A DNA stretch of 64,000 nt, from NCBI GenBank assembly GCA_038851755.1, contig JAWCKR010000003.1:32001-96000 (forward strand), written 5' to 3'. The notes under the pieces were generated by a model. That model searched no databases and was not told the DNA's origin. It saw only the letters and a list, made by a program, of their open reading frames with translations. Each line of letters begins with the position of its first letter. Within the stretch, counting starts at the first letter, position 1. Below are positions 1-7,758 of the stretch, one piece after another. The DNA comes from Candidatus Hadarchaeales archaeon (GTDB lineage: Archaea; Hadarchaeota; Hadarchaeia; Hadarchaeales; WYZ-LMO6). The position numbers and the translations under genes were made by a program.

Positions 1-2
1 TG

Positions 3-284
3 GGTGAGGACCCCCTCTTCCACATGCTCGCGGGGGGCCTTTTCCTGGGGGCCTTCTTCATGGCCACCGACTACGTCACCACCCCCCTCACGGGCAAGGG
101 CAGGGTGATCTTTGGTCTCGGGGCGGGTCTCCTGGTGGTGGTGATAAGGATGTACGGGGGGATGCCGGAGGGGGTCACCTACTCCATCCTGATCATGAAC
201 GCCTTCACCCCCCTCATAGATAGGTACACCAGACCCAGGGTGTACGGGACGGTGAGGAAGAAATGGTGGGAAAGAAAGAAGTGA
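3..284 (+). CDS. rnfD: Rnf complex subunit D, C-terminal part (5' end outside window)
   Basis: Open frame from window start; [16 protein letters not shown] and [19 protein letters not shown] are RnfD/NqrB C-terminal motifs; first gene of rnfDGEAB run. Confidence 0.93.
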   Translation, partial: GEDPLFHMLAGGLFLGAFFMATDYVTTPLTGKGRVIFGLGAGLLVVVIRMYGGMPEGVTYSILIMNAFTPLIDRYTRPRVYGTVRKKWWERKK

Positions 285-781
285 AGCCGGTGGCGGTGCT
301 GGTGATCACCTGCGTGGTCTGGGGAGCCCTCCTGGGCTTCATCCACGGCGCCACGGAGGAAAAGATAGAGGAAGCGGAGAGGACCGAGCTCTACCGCACT
401 CTCTCAGAAATTTTTCCCGGCGCTCAGTTCAGTGAGGAGGATGGCCACTACGCTTGCTTGGAGAACGGTGGGGTGGTGGGGTATGCCACGGTGGTGGAGG
501 AGAGGGGATTCGGCGGGAAGATGAAGGTGGTGGTAGGGATCTCTAAGGAGGGAACGGTGGTGGGGGTCAGGGTGGTCTCCCACAGCGAGACCCCTGGTCT
601 GGGATCCAAGATAACAGAGGAGGAGTTCTTGGCCCAGTTCGGGGGGAAGAGACTGGAGGAGATACTCCTTAAGAAGGATGGGGGAGAGATAGAAGGGGTC
701 ACGGGGGCCACCATAAGCTCCCGGGCGGTGGTGAGGGCCGTGAGGTCGGGTCTGGAGAACCTGCTGGGGTGGATGGGGTGA
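263..781 (+). CDS. rnfG: Rnf complex subunit G (FMN-binding)
   Basis: N-terminal TM helix, [12 protein letters not shown] and flavinylation motif VTGATISS. Confidence 0.93.
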   Translation: MVGKKEVKPVAVLVITCVVWGALLGFIHGATEEKIEEAERTELYRTLSEIFPGAQFSEEDGHYACLENGGVVGYATVVEERGFGGKMKVVVGISKEGTVVGVRVVSHSETPGLGSKITEEEFLAQFGGKRLEEILLKKDGGEIEGVTGATISSRAVVRAVRSGLENLLGWMG

Positions 782-1371
782 AGGTTCAGGAGTTCACGAA
801 GGGAATCCTGAGGAAGAACCCGGTGCTGGGACTCATCCTGGGACTGTGTCCTGTCCTCGCCATCACCACGAAGGTGGAGAACGCGCTGGGTATGTCCGTT
901 GCCTTCACCTTCGTGATTGTCCTCTCCAATCTCCTCATTTCTCTCCTCAAAAGGTTCATCCCCAGGGACGTGAGGATTCCCACCTTCATCGTTATCATAG
1001 CAAGCTTTGTGACCATCGTGGAGATGCTGATCCACGGCTACTCCCCTCCCCTCTACGAGCAGCTGGGGATCTTCCTCCCCCTCATCACGGTGAACTGCAT
1101 CGTGCTCGGCAGGGCAGAGGCCTTCGCCTCCAAGCGCCCGGTCTCGGAGACCCTGCTGGACACCCTGGGGATGAGCGTGGGGTTCTCCCTCTCCATCATC
1201 GTCATCTCCTCCCTGAGGGAGCTTTTCGGGACAGGCAAGATCGTGGTCTTCGGGCACCAGCTGGTTCCAGGCCTCCTCTCCTCCCCGGCCACAGGCATGA
1301 TCCTGCCGCCTGGGGCCTTCCTGGTGATGGGCATCTTGCTCGCCGTGATGAAGAAGGCGAGGGTGGTGTGA
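769..1371 (+). CDS. rnfE: Rnf complex subunit E (start may be GTG at 778)
   Basis: NPVL..LGLCP.LA, RIP..I..IA, LITVNCIVLGRAE, LPPGAF motifs. Confidence 0.95.
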   Translation: MDGVKVQEFTKGILRKNPVLGLILGLCPVLAITTKVENALGMSVAFTFVIVLSNLLISLLKRFIPRDVRIPTFIVIIASFVTIVEMLIHGYSPPLYEQLGIFLPLITVNCIVLGRAEAFASKRPVSETLLDTLGMSVGFSLSIIVISSLRELFGTGKIVVFGHQLVPGLLSSPATGMILPPGAFLVMGILLAVMKKARVV

Positions 1372-1372
1372 G

Positions 1373-1954
1373 ATGGAGAACCTTCTCGGAATAGTGATAG
1401 CGGCCATCTTCATCAACAACATCGTCCTGACGAAGTTCCTTGGCCTCTGTTCCTTCTTCGGCATCTCCACCAGAATAAAGACCTCGCTCATGATGGGCAT
1501 GGCCGTCACCTTCGTGGCCACCTGTTCCTCCCTCATCACCTGGCTCATCCACCGGTACTTCCTCTTGCCCTTCCACATAGAGTACATGCGGATAGTGGCT
1601 TTCATCCTGGTGATAGCCTCCTTCGTCCAGCTGGTAGAGATCACCATCAGGAAGCTCTCTCCCTCTCTCTACAGGGCCTTCGGGATCTACCTCCCCCTCA
1701 TCACCGTTAACTGCGCCATCTTGGGAGTGACCCTGATCAACGTGGATGTGGAAAGGTATTCCTTTCCGGCTGCCGTGGTCAACGGCTTTGCCACGGGCCT
1801 GGGTTACACCCTGGCCATCCTCATGATGTCCGGGATGAGGGAGAGGCTGGAGATCTCAGAAGCCCCTCCCTCCTTCCGTGGCCTCCCCCTGGCCTTCATC
1901 ACGGCGGCCCTCTTGGCCCTGGCCTTCCAGGGTTTCAGCGGGATGGTGGAGTAG
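1373..1954 (+). CDS. rnfA: Rnf complex subunit A
   Basis: NNIVLTKFLGLC, GIYLPLITVNCAILG, RERL...P..FRG.P motifs. Confidence 0.95.
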   Translation: MENLLGIVIAAIFINNIVLTKFLGLCSFFGISTRIKTSLMMGMAVTFVATCSSLITWLIHRYFLLPFHIEYMRIVAFILVIASFVQLVEITIRKLSPSLYRAFGIYLPLITVNCAILGVTLINVDVERYSFPAAVVNGFATGLGYTLAILMMSGMRERLEISEAPPSFRGLPLAFITAALLALAFQGFSGMVE

Positions 1955-2761
1955 ATGATAGAGGAGATGATGGTCCTGGGGGTGACGGGGGCTGCCTTCG
2001 CCATCATGTTGGTGGTGGCGGCCAGGAAGATGGCCGTTCAGGTGGACGAGAGAGTCGAGAGGATCCGGGAGAAGCTCCCTGGTGCTTCCTGCGGGGCCTG
2101 CGGGTTCAAGGGCGGGTGCGATGCGCTGGCGGAGGAGGTGGTGAAGGACCCCTCCCTCCTGAGCAAGTGCAGGCTGGCGGGACCGGAGGAGAAGAAGGAG
2201 ATAGGGAAGATCCTGGGAGTGGAGGTGAAGGAAGAGGAGGAGAAGAGGCTGCCGCGCGTGAGGTGCACGGGCCAGTCCAAGGTCCTCTTCGAAGCCTCCG
2301 GGGAGAGGACCTGCTCGGCCCTCTCCGACCTCGCGGGGGGGCCGCTTGCCTGCCCCTACGGGTGCCTGGGGGTGGGAGACTGCGTGAGGGCATGCCCCTT
2401 CGGGGCCCTGAGGATGGAGAACGGACTCCCGGCGGTGGACGAGCGGAGGTGCACGGGGTGCGGGCTCTGCGAGCAGACCTGCCCCAGGGGATTGATCAAG
2501 CTCCTCCCCGTGAGCACCAAGGTCCTCCTCCTCTGCAACTCCCCCGCCCCGGGGAAGGAGGTGAACGCTTCCTGCGCCAGCGGCTGCATCAAGTGCAGGA
2601 TCTGCGAGAAGGCCTGTCCTGTTCAGGCCATAAAGCTCGACCCCCTGCCCATCATCGATCAGACCCTTTGCAACGCCTGCGGGACCTGTGTGGAGAAGTG
2701 CCCGCGCAAGGTGCTGAAGCTGGGCGTGCCTGTAGCTGCCCCTGCTCCCCCCTCAGGTTAG
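1955..2761 (+). CDS. rnfB: Rnf complex subunit B (polyferredoxin)
   Basis: N-terminal anchor, LPGASCGACG..GC motif, multiple CxxCxxCxxxCP clusters. Confidence 0.93.
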   Translation: MIEEMMVLGVTGAAFAIMLVVAARKMAVQVDERVERIREKLPGASCGACGFKGGCDALAEEVVKDPSLLSKCRLAGPEEKKEIGKILGVEVKEEEEKRLPRVRCTGQSKVLFEASGERTCSALSDLAGGPLACPYGCLGVGDCVRACPFGALRMENGLPAVDERRCTGCGLCEQTCPRGLIKLLPVSTKVLLLCNSPAPGKEVNASCASGCIKCRICEKACPVQAIKLDPLPIIDQTLCNACGTCVEKCPRKVLKLGVPVAAPAPPSG

Positions 2762-4879
2762 TTTCTCTATCCGGGGAAGGTCCCAGGAGTCCGAGTACAG
2801 GATCCTCCCGTCCGAGCCCACCAGCATGGCCTTCACGGTCCTACCCGAGGAGGAGAGGTTATCGGCCAGTTCCTTCCCCTTCTCCGGTCCCAGCACGAAG
2901 AGGGTAGTGCTCAGGGCGTCTGCGTCCGTGCAGTTACTCGCTATCACCGTGACGCTCATGCATTCTCCCGCCGGTTTCCCCGTCCTGGGGTCGAGGATGT
3001 GGTGGACCCTCTGGGAGCCCAGGAGGAAGAACCTCCTGTAGTCCCCCGAGGTGGCGATGGAGAAGTTCTCCAGCTCCAGCACCAGCATCACCTCCTCCTT
3101 CCTGGGGTGCTGTACCCCTATCGTCCAGACCTTCCCGAACCCCCTTATCTCCCCCCCCACGTTCACCAACCCAGCCCCCACCCCGGCTTCCCTCAGGACT
3201 TGACAGGCCCTGTCCACCGCGTACCCCTTCGCTATTCCTCCCAGGGTCACTCCCATCCCCTCCTGTGAGAACCTGGCCCTCCCGTTCTCCACCTCCAGCT
3301 TCTCCCACCCCACCCTCGCGAGAACCTCCGAGAGTCTCTCGCCGGAAGGGAGCTTTCCCTTCTCCTTCACCTCCTTCATCCAAAGGTCCACCAGGGGCTT
3401 CACCGTGATGTCGAAAGCCCCTCCAGAGAGCTCGGAGTAATCCAGGGAGGAGCGCAGGAGGAAGAGGGTTTCCTCCGAGAGTTCCACCCAGGAGGTTCCG
3501 CCGTGGTTCAGGAGGTAGATCTCAGCCCTCTTATCCTCGGCGGACATGAGACCCTCCACCCTCTTGATTTCCCTGTAGGCTGCTCTCACAGCTTCCTTCG
3601 CCTTAGCCGTGTTCTCGTCCACCACCTGGATCTCCACGAACGTGTCCATGGCCAGACCCTCCCCCACCACCCTGTCCCCTCTGAGGTGGATGGTCAGGGG
3701 CTGCACGGTGAGGGAGCTCAGGAGGAGGGCGGTGAGGGCCGCCATCCCCAGCGAGGCCCCGGCCACCTTCCGGCTCTCCTCCCCCAGCCTGGGAAGGAAG
3801 AAGAGGGAGGAGGAAAGCACGGCCTGGGAGAGGAGGAAGCCGGAGGCCATCCCCACCACCCCGAACTCTTTCCCCAGCACCACGATCCCCGCGAGCCCCA
3901 CGGCGAGGGAGGAAAAGTAGGAAAGGAGAACGGAGGAGGTCTCCTGCCTGGAGTAGAGGCGGGAGAGCTCGATCTGGGCCACCACGGCCAGGGGGAGGGA
4001 GAGGGCCATCACGCGCAGGACCTTCGCCCCCTCCCCGAAGCCGGGGAAAAGGGAGGGGAGGAACAGGGAGAGGAGGAGGGCGGAGAGGAGGAGGGGGAAG
4101 GAACAGAAGAGGGCCTTCTTCTCCGTTCTCCCCACCCTTCTCCCCGCGGCTCTCTCCGGGAGGAGGTAGAAGAGGAGGATTTGGGGGAAGGAGGCGAAGA
4201 GGAGGAAGAACCTGTTCCCGAACTGGTACATGCCCAGCTCCTCCCTCCCGAAGAGGGGCCCTATGACCACCTTGTCCAGCAGGTTCATGGAGGCCGCCCC
4301 CAGGTCTGCCATCCAGAGGCCCAGGAGGAAGGTGGGGGGAGGAAGGGAGAGTTCCCTTCCCCGGGTCCTGAGGAGGGGGAGGGAGAAGGGAAGGTAGGAG
4401 AGGGAGAGCCCCAGCACGAGCCACCTCACCTCCTCCAGCCTGAGGTAGAGGAGGAAGGGGAGGAGGAGGGTGAGGCTCCTCGCCCCCACCCAGAGCAGGA
4501 GATACCGGCGGTAGGAGCGCCTGGAGAGCTCGAAGTGGAAGCTCAGGGAGAAGAGGGAGAGGGAGAGGAGGAGGAGACCCGTCCAGGGATCCAGTAGGAG
4601 AGAGAGGAGGGTCCCGGCGACTACGCTGGGAAGGAGACCCAGCAGGAGGCACCCCTTCAGTATCCCTTCACCTTTCCTTGGATAGAGGGCCAGGGAGGCC
4701 TTCCCCGCCCCGAGAAGGGAGACCCCGGAGAGGAGCATGGCCAGCGACACCTTCCACGCCACCTCCCCGTAGGCGAAGGGGTGGAGGAGGAGGGCCAGGA
4801 GGACCCAGAAGAGGAAGCCTGAGAGGGTGGCGAAGAGCTGCGCCACCGCCACGTGGAGCACGCCTCCCTTTGCCTCCAT
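2753..4879 (-). CDS. Fusion of Wzx/MOP-family flippase-like membrane domain and ApbE FAD:protein FMN transferase
   Basis: Likely start ATG at 4879 (MEAKGG). N-terminal multi-TM region with flippase-like LLL.P..YG and DKVVIGPLFGREELGMYQ motifs. C-terminal ApbE motifs DITVKPLVDLW, LGGIAKGYAVD, ATSGDYRR, HILDPRTG, ADALST. Single uninterrupted frame. Confidence 0.85.
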   Translation of the reverse strand: MEAKGGVLHVAVAQLFATLSGFLFWVLLALLLHPFAYGEVAWKVSLAMLLSGVSLLGAGKASLALYPRKGEGILKGCLLLGLLPSVVAGTLLSLLLDPWTGLLLLSLSLFSLSFHFELSRRSYRRYLLLWVGARSLTLLLPFLLYLRLEEVRWLVLGLSLSYLPFSLPLLRTRGRELSLPPPTFLLGLWMADLGAASMNLLDKVVIGPLFGREELGMYQFGNRFFLLFASFPQILLFYLLPERAAGRRVGRTEKKALFCSFPLLLSALLLSLFLPSLFPGFGEGAKVLRVMALSLPLAVVAQIELSRLYSRQETSSVLLSYFSSLAVGLAGIVVLGKEFGVVGMASGFLLSQAVLSSSLFFLPRLGEESRKVAGASLGMAALTALLLSSLTVQPLTIHLRGDRVVGEGLAMDTFVEIQVVDENTAKAKEAVRAAYREIKRVEGLMSAEDKRAEIYLLNHGGTSWVELSEETLFLLRSSLDYSELSGGAFDITVKPLVDLWMKEVKEKGKLPSGERLSEVLARVGWEKLEVENGRARFSQEGMGVTLGGIAKGYAVDRACQVLREAGVGAGLVNVGGEIRGFGKVWTIGVQHPRKEEVMLVLELENFSIATSGDYRRFFLLGSQRVHHILDPRTGKPAGECMSVTVIASNCTDADALSTTLFVLGPEKGKELADNLSSSGRTVKAMLVGSDGRILYSDSWDLPRIEKLT

Positions 4880-4933
4880 CCCCAGTCCTTTCCCGCTGGA
4901 AGCTATATACCGTCCCAGGTAGGAGGGCTTGAA

Positions 4934-5722
4934 ATGCTGGTTCCCTCCTCTCACGGGGAGGTGAGGGTGGTGAAGTGCGGTGCGGAACTCTCGGGCAGGG
5001 TTCCCTACTGGACGCACTTCTACCTCTACAGGGGCCTGGTGATAGACACCGGTTGCCCGCACACGGCGGGTGAGGTGGGGGAGTTCGTGGGGGGAAGGGG
5101 GAGAGTGGTCCTGCTCACCCACCATCACGAGGATCACGTGGGTGGGGCGGTGGCCCTCCAGGGCAGGCTCAGGATCTTTGCCCCCACCAGCTCACTCCCC
5201 CTGCTCGAGCATCCGCCCGAGGTCCCCGATTACCGGAAGCTGGTGTGGGGACAGCCCCAGCCCCTGAGGGCGGAGCCCCTCCCTTCTCCCCTGCGTTTCG
5301 GCGGGCTGGAGGTGGAGGTCCTCGAGACCCCCGGGCACACCTTCGATCACGTTTCCTTTCTGGTGGACCGGAAGCTCTTCGCCGGCGACCTCGTGCTGGC
5401 GCCAGGGCAGATGGTGTGCATGAGGCAGGAGGAGCTCAGGGAGACGATGGAGTCCCTGGAGAGGGTCCTGGGACTGGACTTCGACCAGGCCTACACCGGA
5501 GTGGGGGTCTTCTCCAGGGCTGAGGTGGAGGCCTACCTGGAGTACCTGGAGGGGCTGAGGGAGAGGGTGGAGGGTCTCCACCGGAAGGGGAAGAGCCCGG
5601 AGGAGATCGTGGAGGAGATCTTTCCCCATCCCCCCGAAAAGGTTGAGCTGATGGAGGTAGTGAGCGACAGGGAGTGGTCGAGGGAGAACATGGTCCGATC
5701 CCTCCTCGGCCTCCCGCGCTAG
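4934..5722 (+). CDS. MBL-fold metallo-hydrolase
   Basis: IDTG, THHHEDHVG, TPGHT.DH, FAGD motifs; AGGAGG upstream of ATG 4934. Confidence 0.85.
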   Translation: MLVPSSHGEVRVVKCGAELSGRVPYWTHFYLYRGLVIDTGCPHTAGEVGEFVGGRGRVVLLTHHHEDHVGGAVALQGRLRIFAPTSSLPLLEHPPEVPDYRKLVWGQPQPLRAEPLPSPLRFGGLEVEVLETPGHTFDHVSFLVDRKLFAGDLVLAPGQMVCMRQEELRETMESLERVLGLDFDQAYTGVGVFSRAEVEAYLEYLEGLRERVEGLHRKGKSPEEIVEEIFPHPPEKVELMEVVSDREWSRENMVRSLLGLPR

Positions 5723-5760
5723 CGTTGCCGGCGGGGATAAAAGGACTCTGGGGAAAGGGA

Positions 5761-6339
5761 ATGATGCTCGGGGAAGCGGGGAAGATCTTCGTGGCCCTTT
5801 TCGTGATTATGGACCCATTCGGTAGCATCCCGATCTTCCTCCTGGCCACGGAGGGGATGGAGGGAAGGAGGGTGAGCCGTGCGGCCGGCTACGCAGTCGG
5901 CGTGGCTGCCCTGGTCCTCTTCTTCTTCCTCTTCCTGGGAGACCCCCTCTTCCGGGTCCTGAGGATCGAGTTCTCCTCCCTGAGGATTGGAGGGGGGCTG
6001 GTGCTGGGGGTGCTGGGCATGGAGCTGGTGCTGGGCAGGAGCCTCCTGAGGGGGGAGAGGAAGGGTTCTCCCGCCCTCTCCCTGATAGGGACTCCCATGC
6101 TCACTGGTCCAGGGGTCATCGTCTCCACCATGATCTTCGTGAGGACCTACGGTTACCTCCCCGTCATCCTGGCCTCCCTGCCCCTCCTGGCTTCGAGCTG
6201 GGCCGTGCTCAGGCTTTCCTCTTCCTTCCACAGGGTGCTGGGAAGGGATGGAATAGAGATCCTGTCGAGGGTGATGGGCCTTCTCCTGGTGACGATAGCC
6301 GTGGACCTGGTCATGGGAGGGATAAGGGCGGCCCTTTGA
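5761..6339 (+). CDS. MarC family membrane protein
   Basis: LFVIMDPFGSIPIF, GTPMLTGPG, SRVMGLLL motifs. Confidence 0.9.
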   Translation: MMLGEAGKIFVALFVIMDPFGSIPIFLLATEGMEGRRVSRAAGYAVGVAALVLFFFLFLGDPLFRVLRIEFSSLRIGGGLVLGVLGMELVLGRSLLRGERKGSPALSLIGTPMLTGPGVIVSTMIFVRTYGYLPVILASLPLLASSWAVLRLSSSFHRVLGRDGIEILSRVMGLLLVTIAVDLVMGGIRAAL

Positions 6340-6348
6340 GCCTCGGAA

Positions 6349-7116
6349 ATGATTTTATGTGAGGGGCTCCAACGCCTCCCGATGAGGAGGGGTGAGGCCT
6401 TCGAGCTGGTGCTGGTCGTCCTTGCCCTGGTCAGCGTGGCCCTCCTCCTGTACGAGCTGGACCATCCCGAGACGGCTTGGTTCACCTCCTCCTGCGACTT
6501 CGTCATAGCCCTCCTCTTCCTGGGGGAGTACCTCTCCTCCACCTTCAGAGCGGAGCGCAGGCTGCGCTACGCCCTCACCCACTGGTACGACCTGCTGGCC
6601 TCCATCCCCATCCCCTTTTCCGCCGTCAGGATGTTCAGGACGATAAGGGTGGTGAGGCTGGTGAGGGTGATCCGGACCCTGAGGGTCCTGAGGCTCAGCA
6701 GGGCCTTCACCTTCCTCTCGGAGAGCAGACTGGGTACGGTGGTGGTGGCCCTCCTCATGGTCCTCCTCTTCGGTGCCACCTCCTTCCACATCCTCGAATA
6801 TGGACAGAACCCCTCCCTCCACGGGTCCCTGGACGCCCTCTACTGGGCCGCGGCCACCCTCTCCACGGTCGGCTACGGGGATATCGTGGCGGTGACCTCG
6901 GCCGGGAAGGTGCTCACCGTGGTCCTCATGCTCTTCGGGATAGGGGTGTATGCCACGCTGGCGGGTCTGCTGGCCGGTTACCTGGTCAAGGGGCGGGAGG
7001 GAGAGGAGGACCTGGAAGAAAGGATAGCCAGGATGGAGGCCGAGATCCGGGAGATCTCAGGAGTCCTTCGGTCCGGGTGGAAGGAGGATTCAGGGGGGGA
7101 ATCGAGGAACCCTTGA
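6349..7116 (+). CDS. Voltage-gated (KvAP-like) potassium channel (start may be ATG 6382)
   Basis: Selectivity filter TVGYGD, Arg-rich S4 helix, 6-TM pattern, C-terminal coiled-coil-like tail. Confidence 0.9.
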   Translation: MILCEGLQRLPMRRGEAFELVLVVLALVSVALLLYELDHPETAWFTSSCDFVIALLFLGEYLSSTFRAERRLRYALTHWYDLLASIPIPFSAVRMFRTIRVVRLVRVIRTLRVLRLSRAFTFLSESRLGTVVVALLMVLLFGATSFHILEYGQNPSLHGSLDALYWAAATLSTVGYGDIVAVTSAGKVLTVVLMLFGIGVYATLAGLLAGYLVKGREGEEDLEERIARMEAEIREISGVLRSGWKEDSGGESRNP

Positions 7117-7758
7117 GAGGTCCAGCACCTCCCCTCCCTTTCTCCTGAGGAGTTCAGCCGGCAGGTCCCACACCGCCCTTGCCCTCTCCACGATCACCCT
7201 GTCGCTTGAGGCCGAGATCTCGCAGGAGCTCACTTCCCTGTCCACTCCTCGCACCGCCCGGCACACCGCCTCCACCCCGCGCCTCTCCAGGATCTCCCCG
7301 GTCTTCCTGGCGAGTTCCCCGCTCCCGCTGGCTGGGCTGTCGAAGAAGACCCTCACCTCCCTGGGTTCCGCCTTCTCCAGGAGGAGGGCCACCTCCTCCA
7401 GGACCTCCCAGGTGTGTTCGCCCACACGGTACTTCCCGAAGACCGTCCTCAGGTCCCTCAGGAGCCCGTCGTCGCACCTTATCACGGGGTCCCCCCTCAG
7501 GAGGCTCTCGCAGGTGATGAGGACGTTGTATCCGTCCACTCCCACCGTCCTTCTCCTGACCTCCCTCCAGGAGACCAGCTTCTTCCCATGTTCCTCGGCC
7601 TCCCCCCTGGAGAAGACGCAGCGGGTGAGGAGGTGGCGCTCACGTGAGGGCAGGCAGTAGTGGTCTGAGACCACCCTCACCGCCGTTTCCCTGGGGTATC
7701 CGCGGTCGAGGAGGTACCTCAGGTCCCTGATGGCCTCCTCCGTCCTCTCACTCCACAT
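7090..7758 (-). CDS. DUF434 domain protein with PIN-like domain
   Basis: DLRYLLDRGYP N-terminus, VDGYNVLIT, DDGLLRD, SSD..I motifs. Confidence 0.8.
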   Translation of the reverse strand: MWSERTEEAIRDLRYLLDRGYPRETAVRVVSDHYCLPSRERHLLTRCVFSRGEAEEHGKKLVSWREVRRRTVGVDGYNVLITCESLLRGDPVIRCDDGLLRDLRTVFGKYRVGEHTWEVLEEVALLLEKAEPREVRVFFDSPASGSGELARKTGEILERRGVEAVCRAVRGVDREVSSCEISASSDRVIVERARAVWDLPAELLRRKGGEVLDLSRVPRFPP

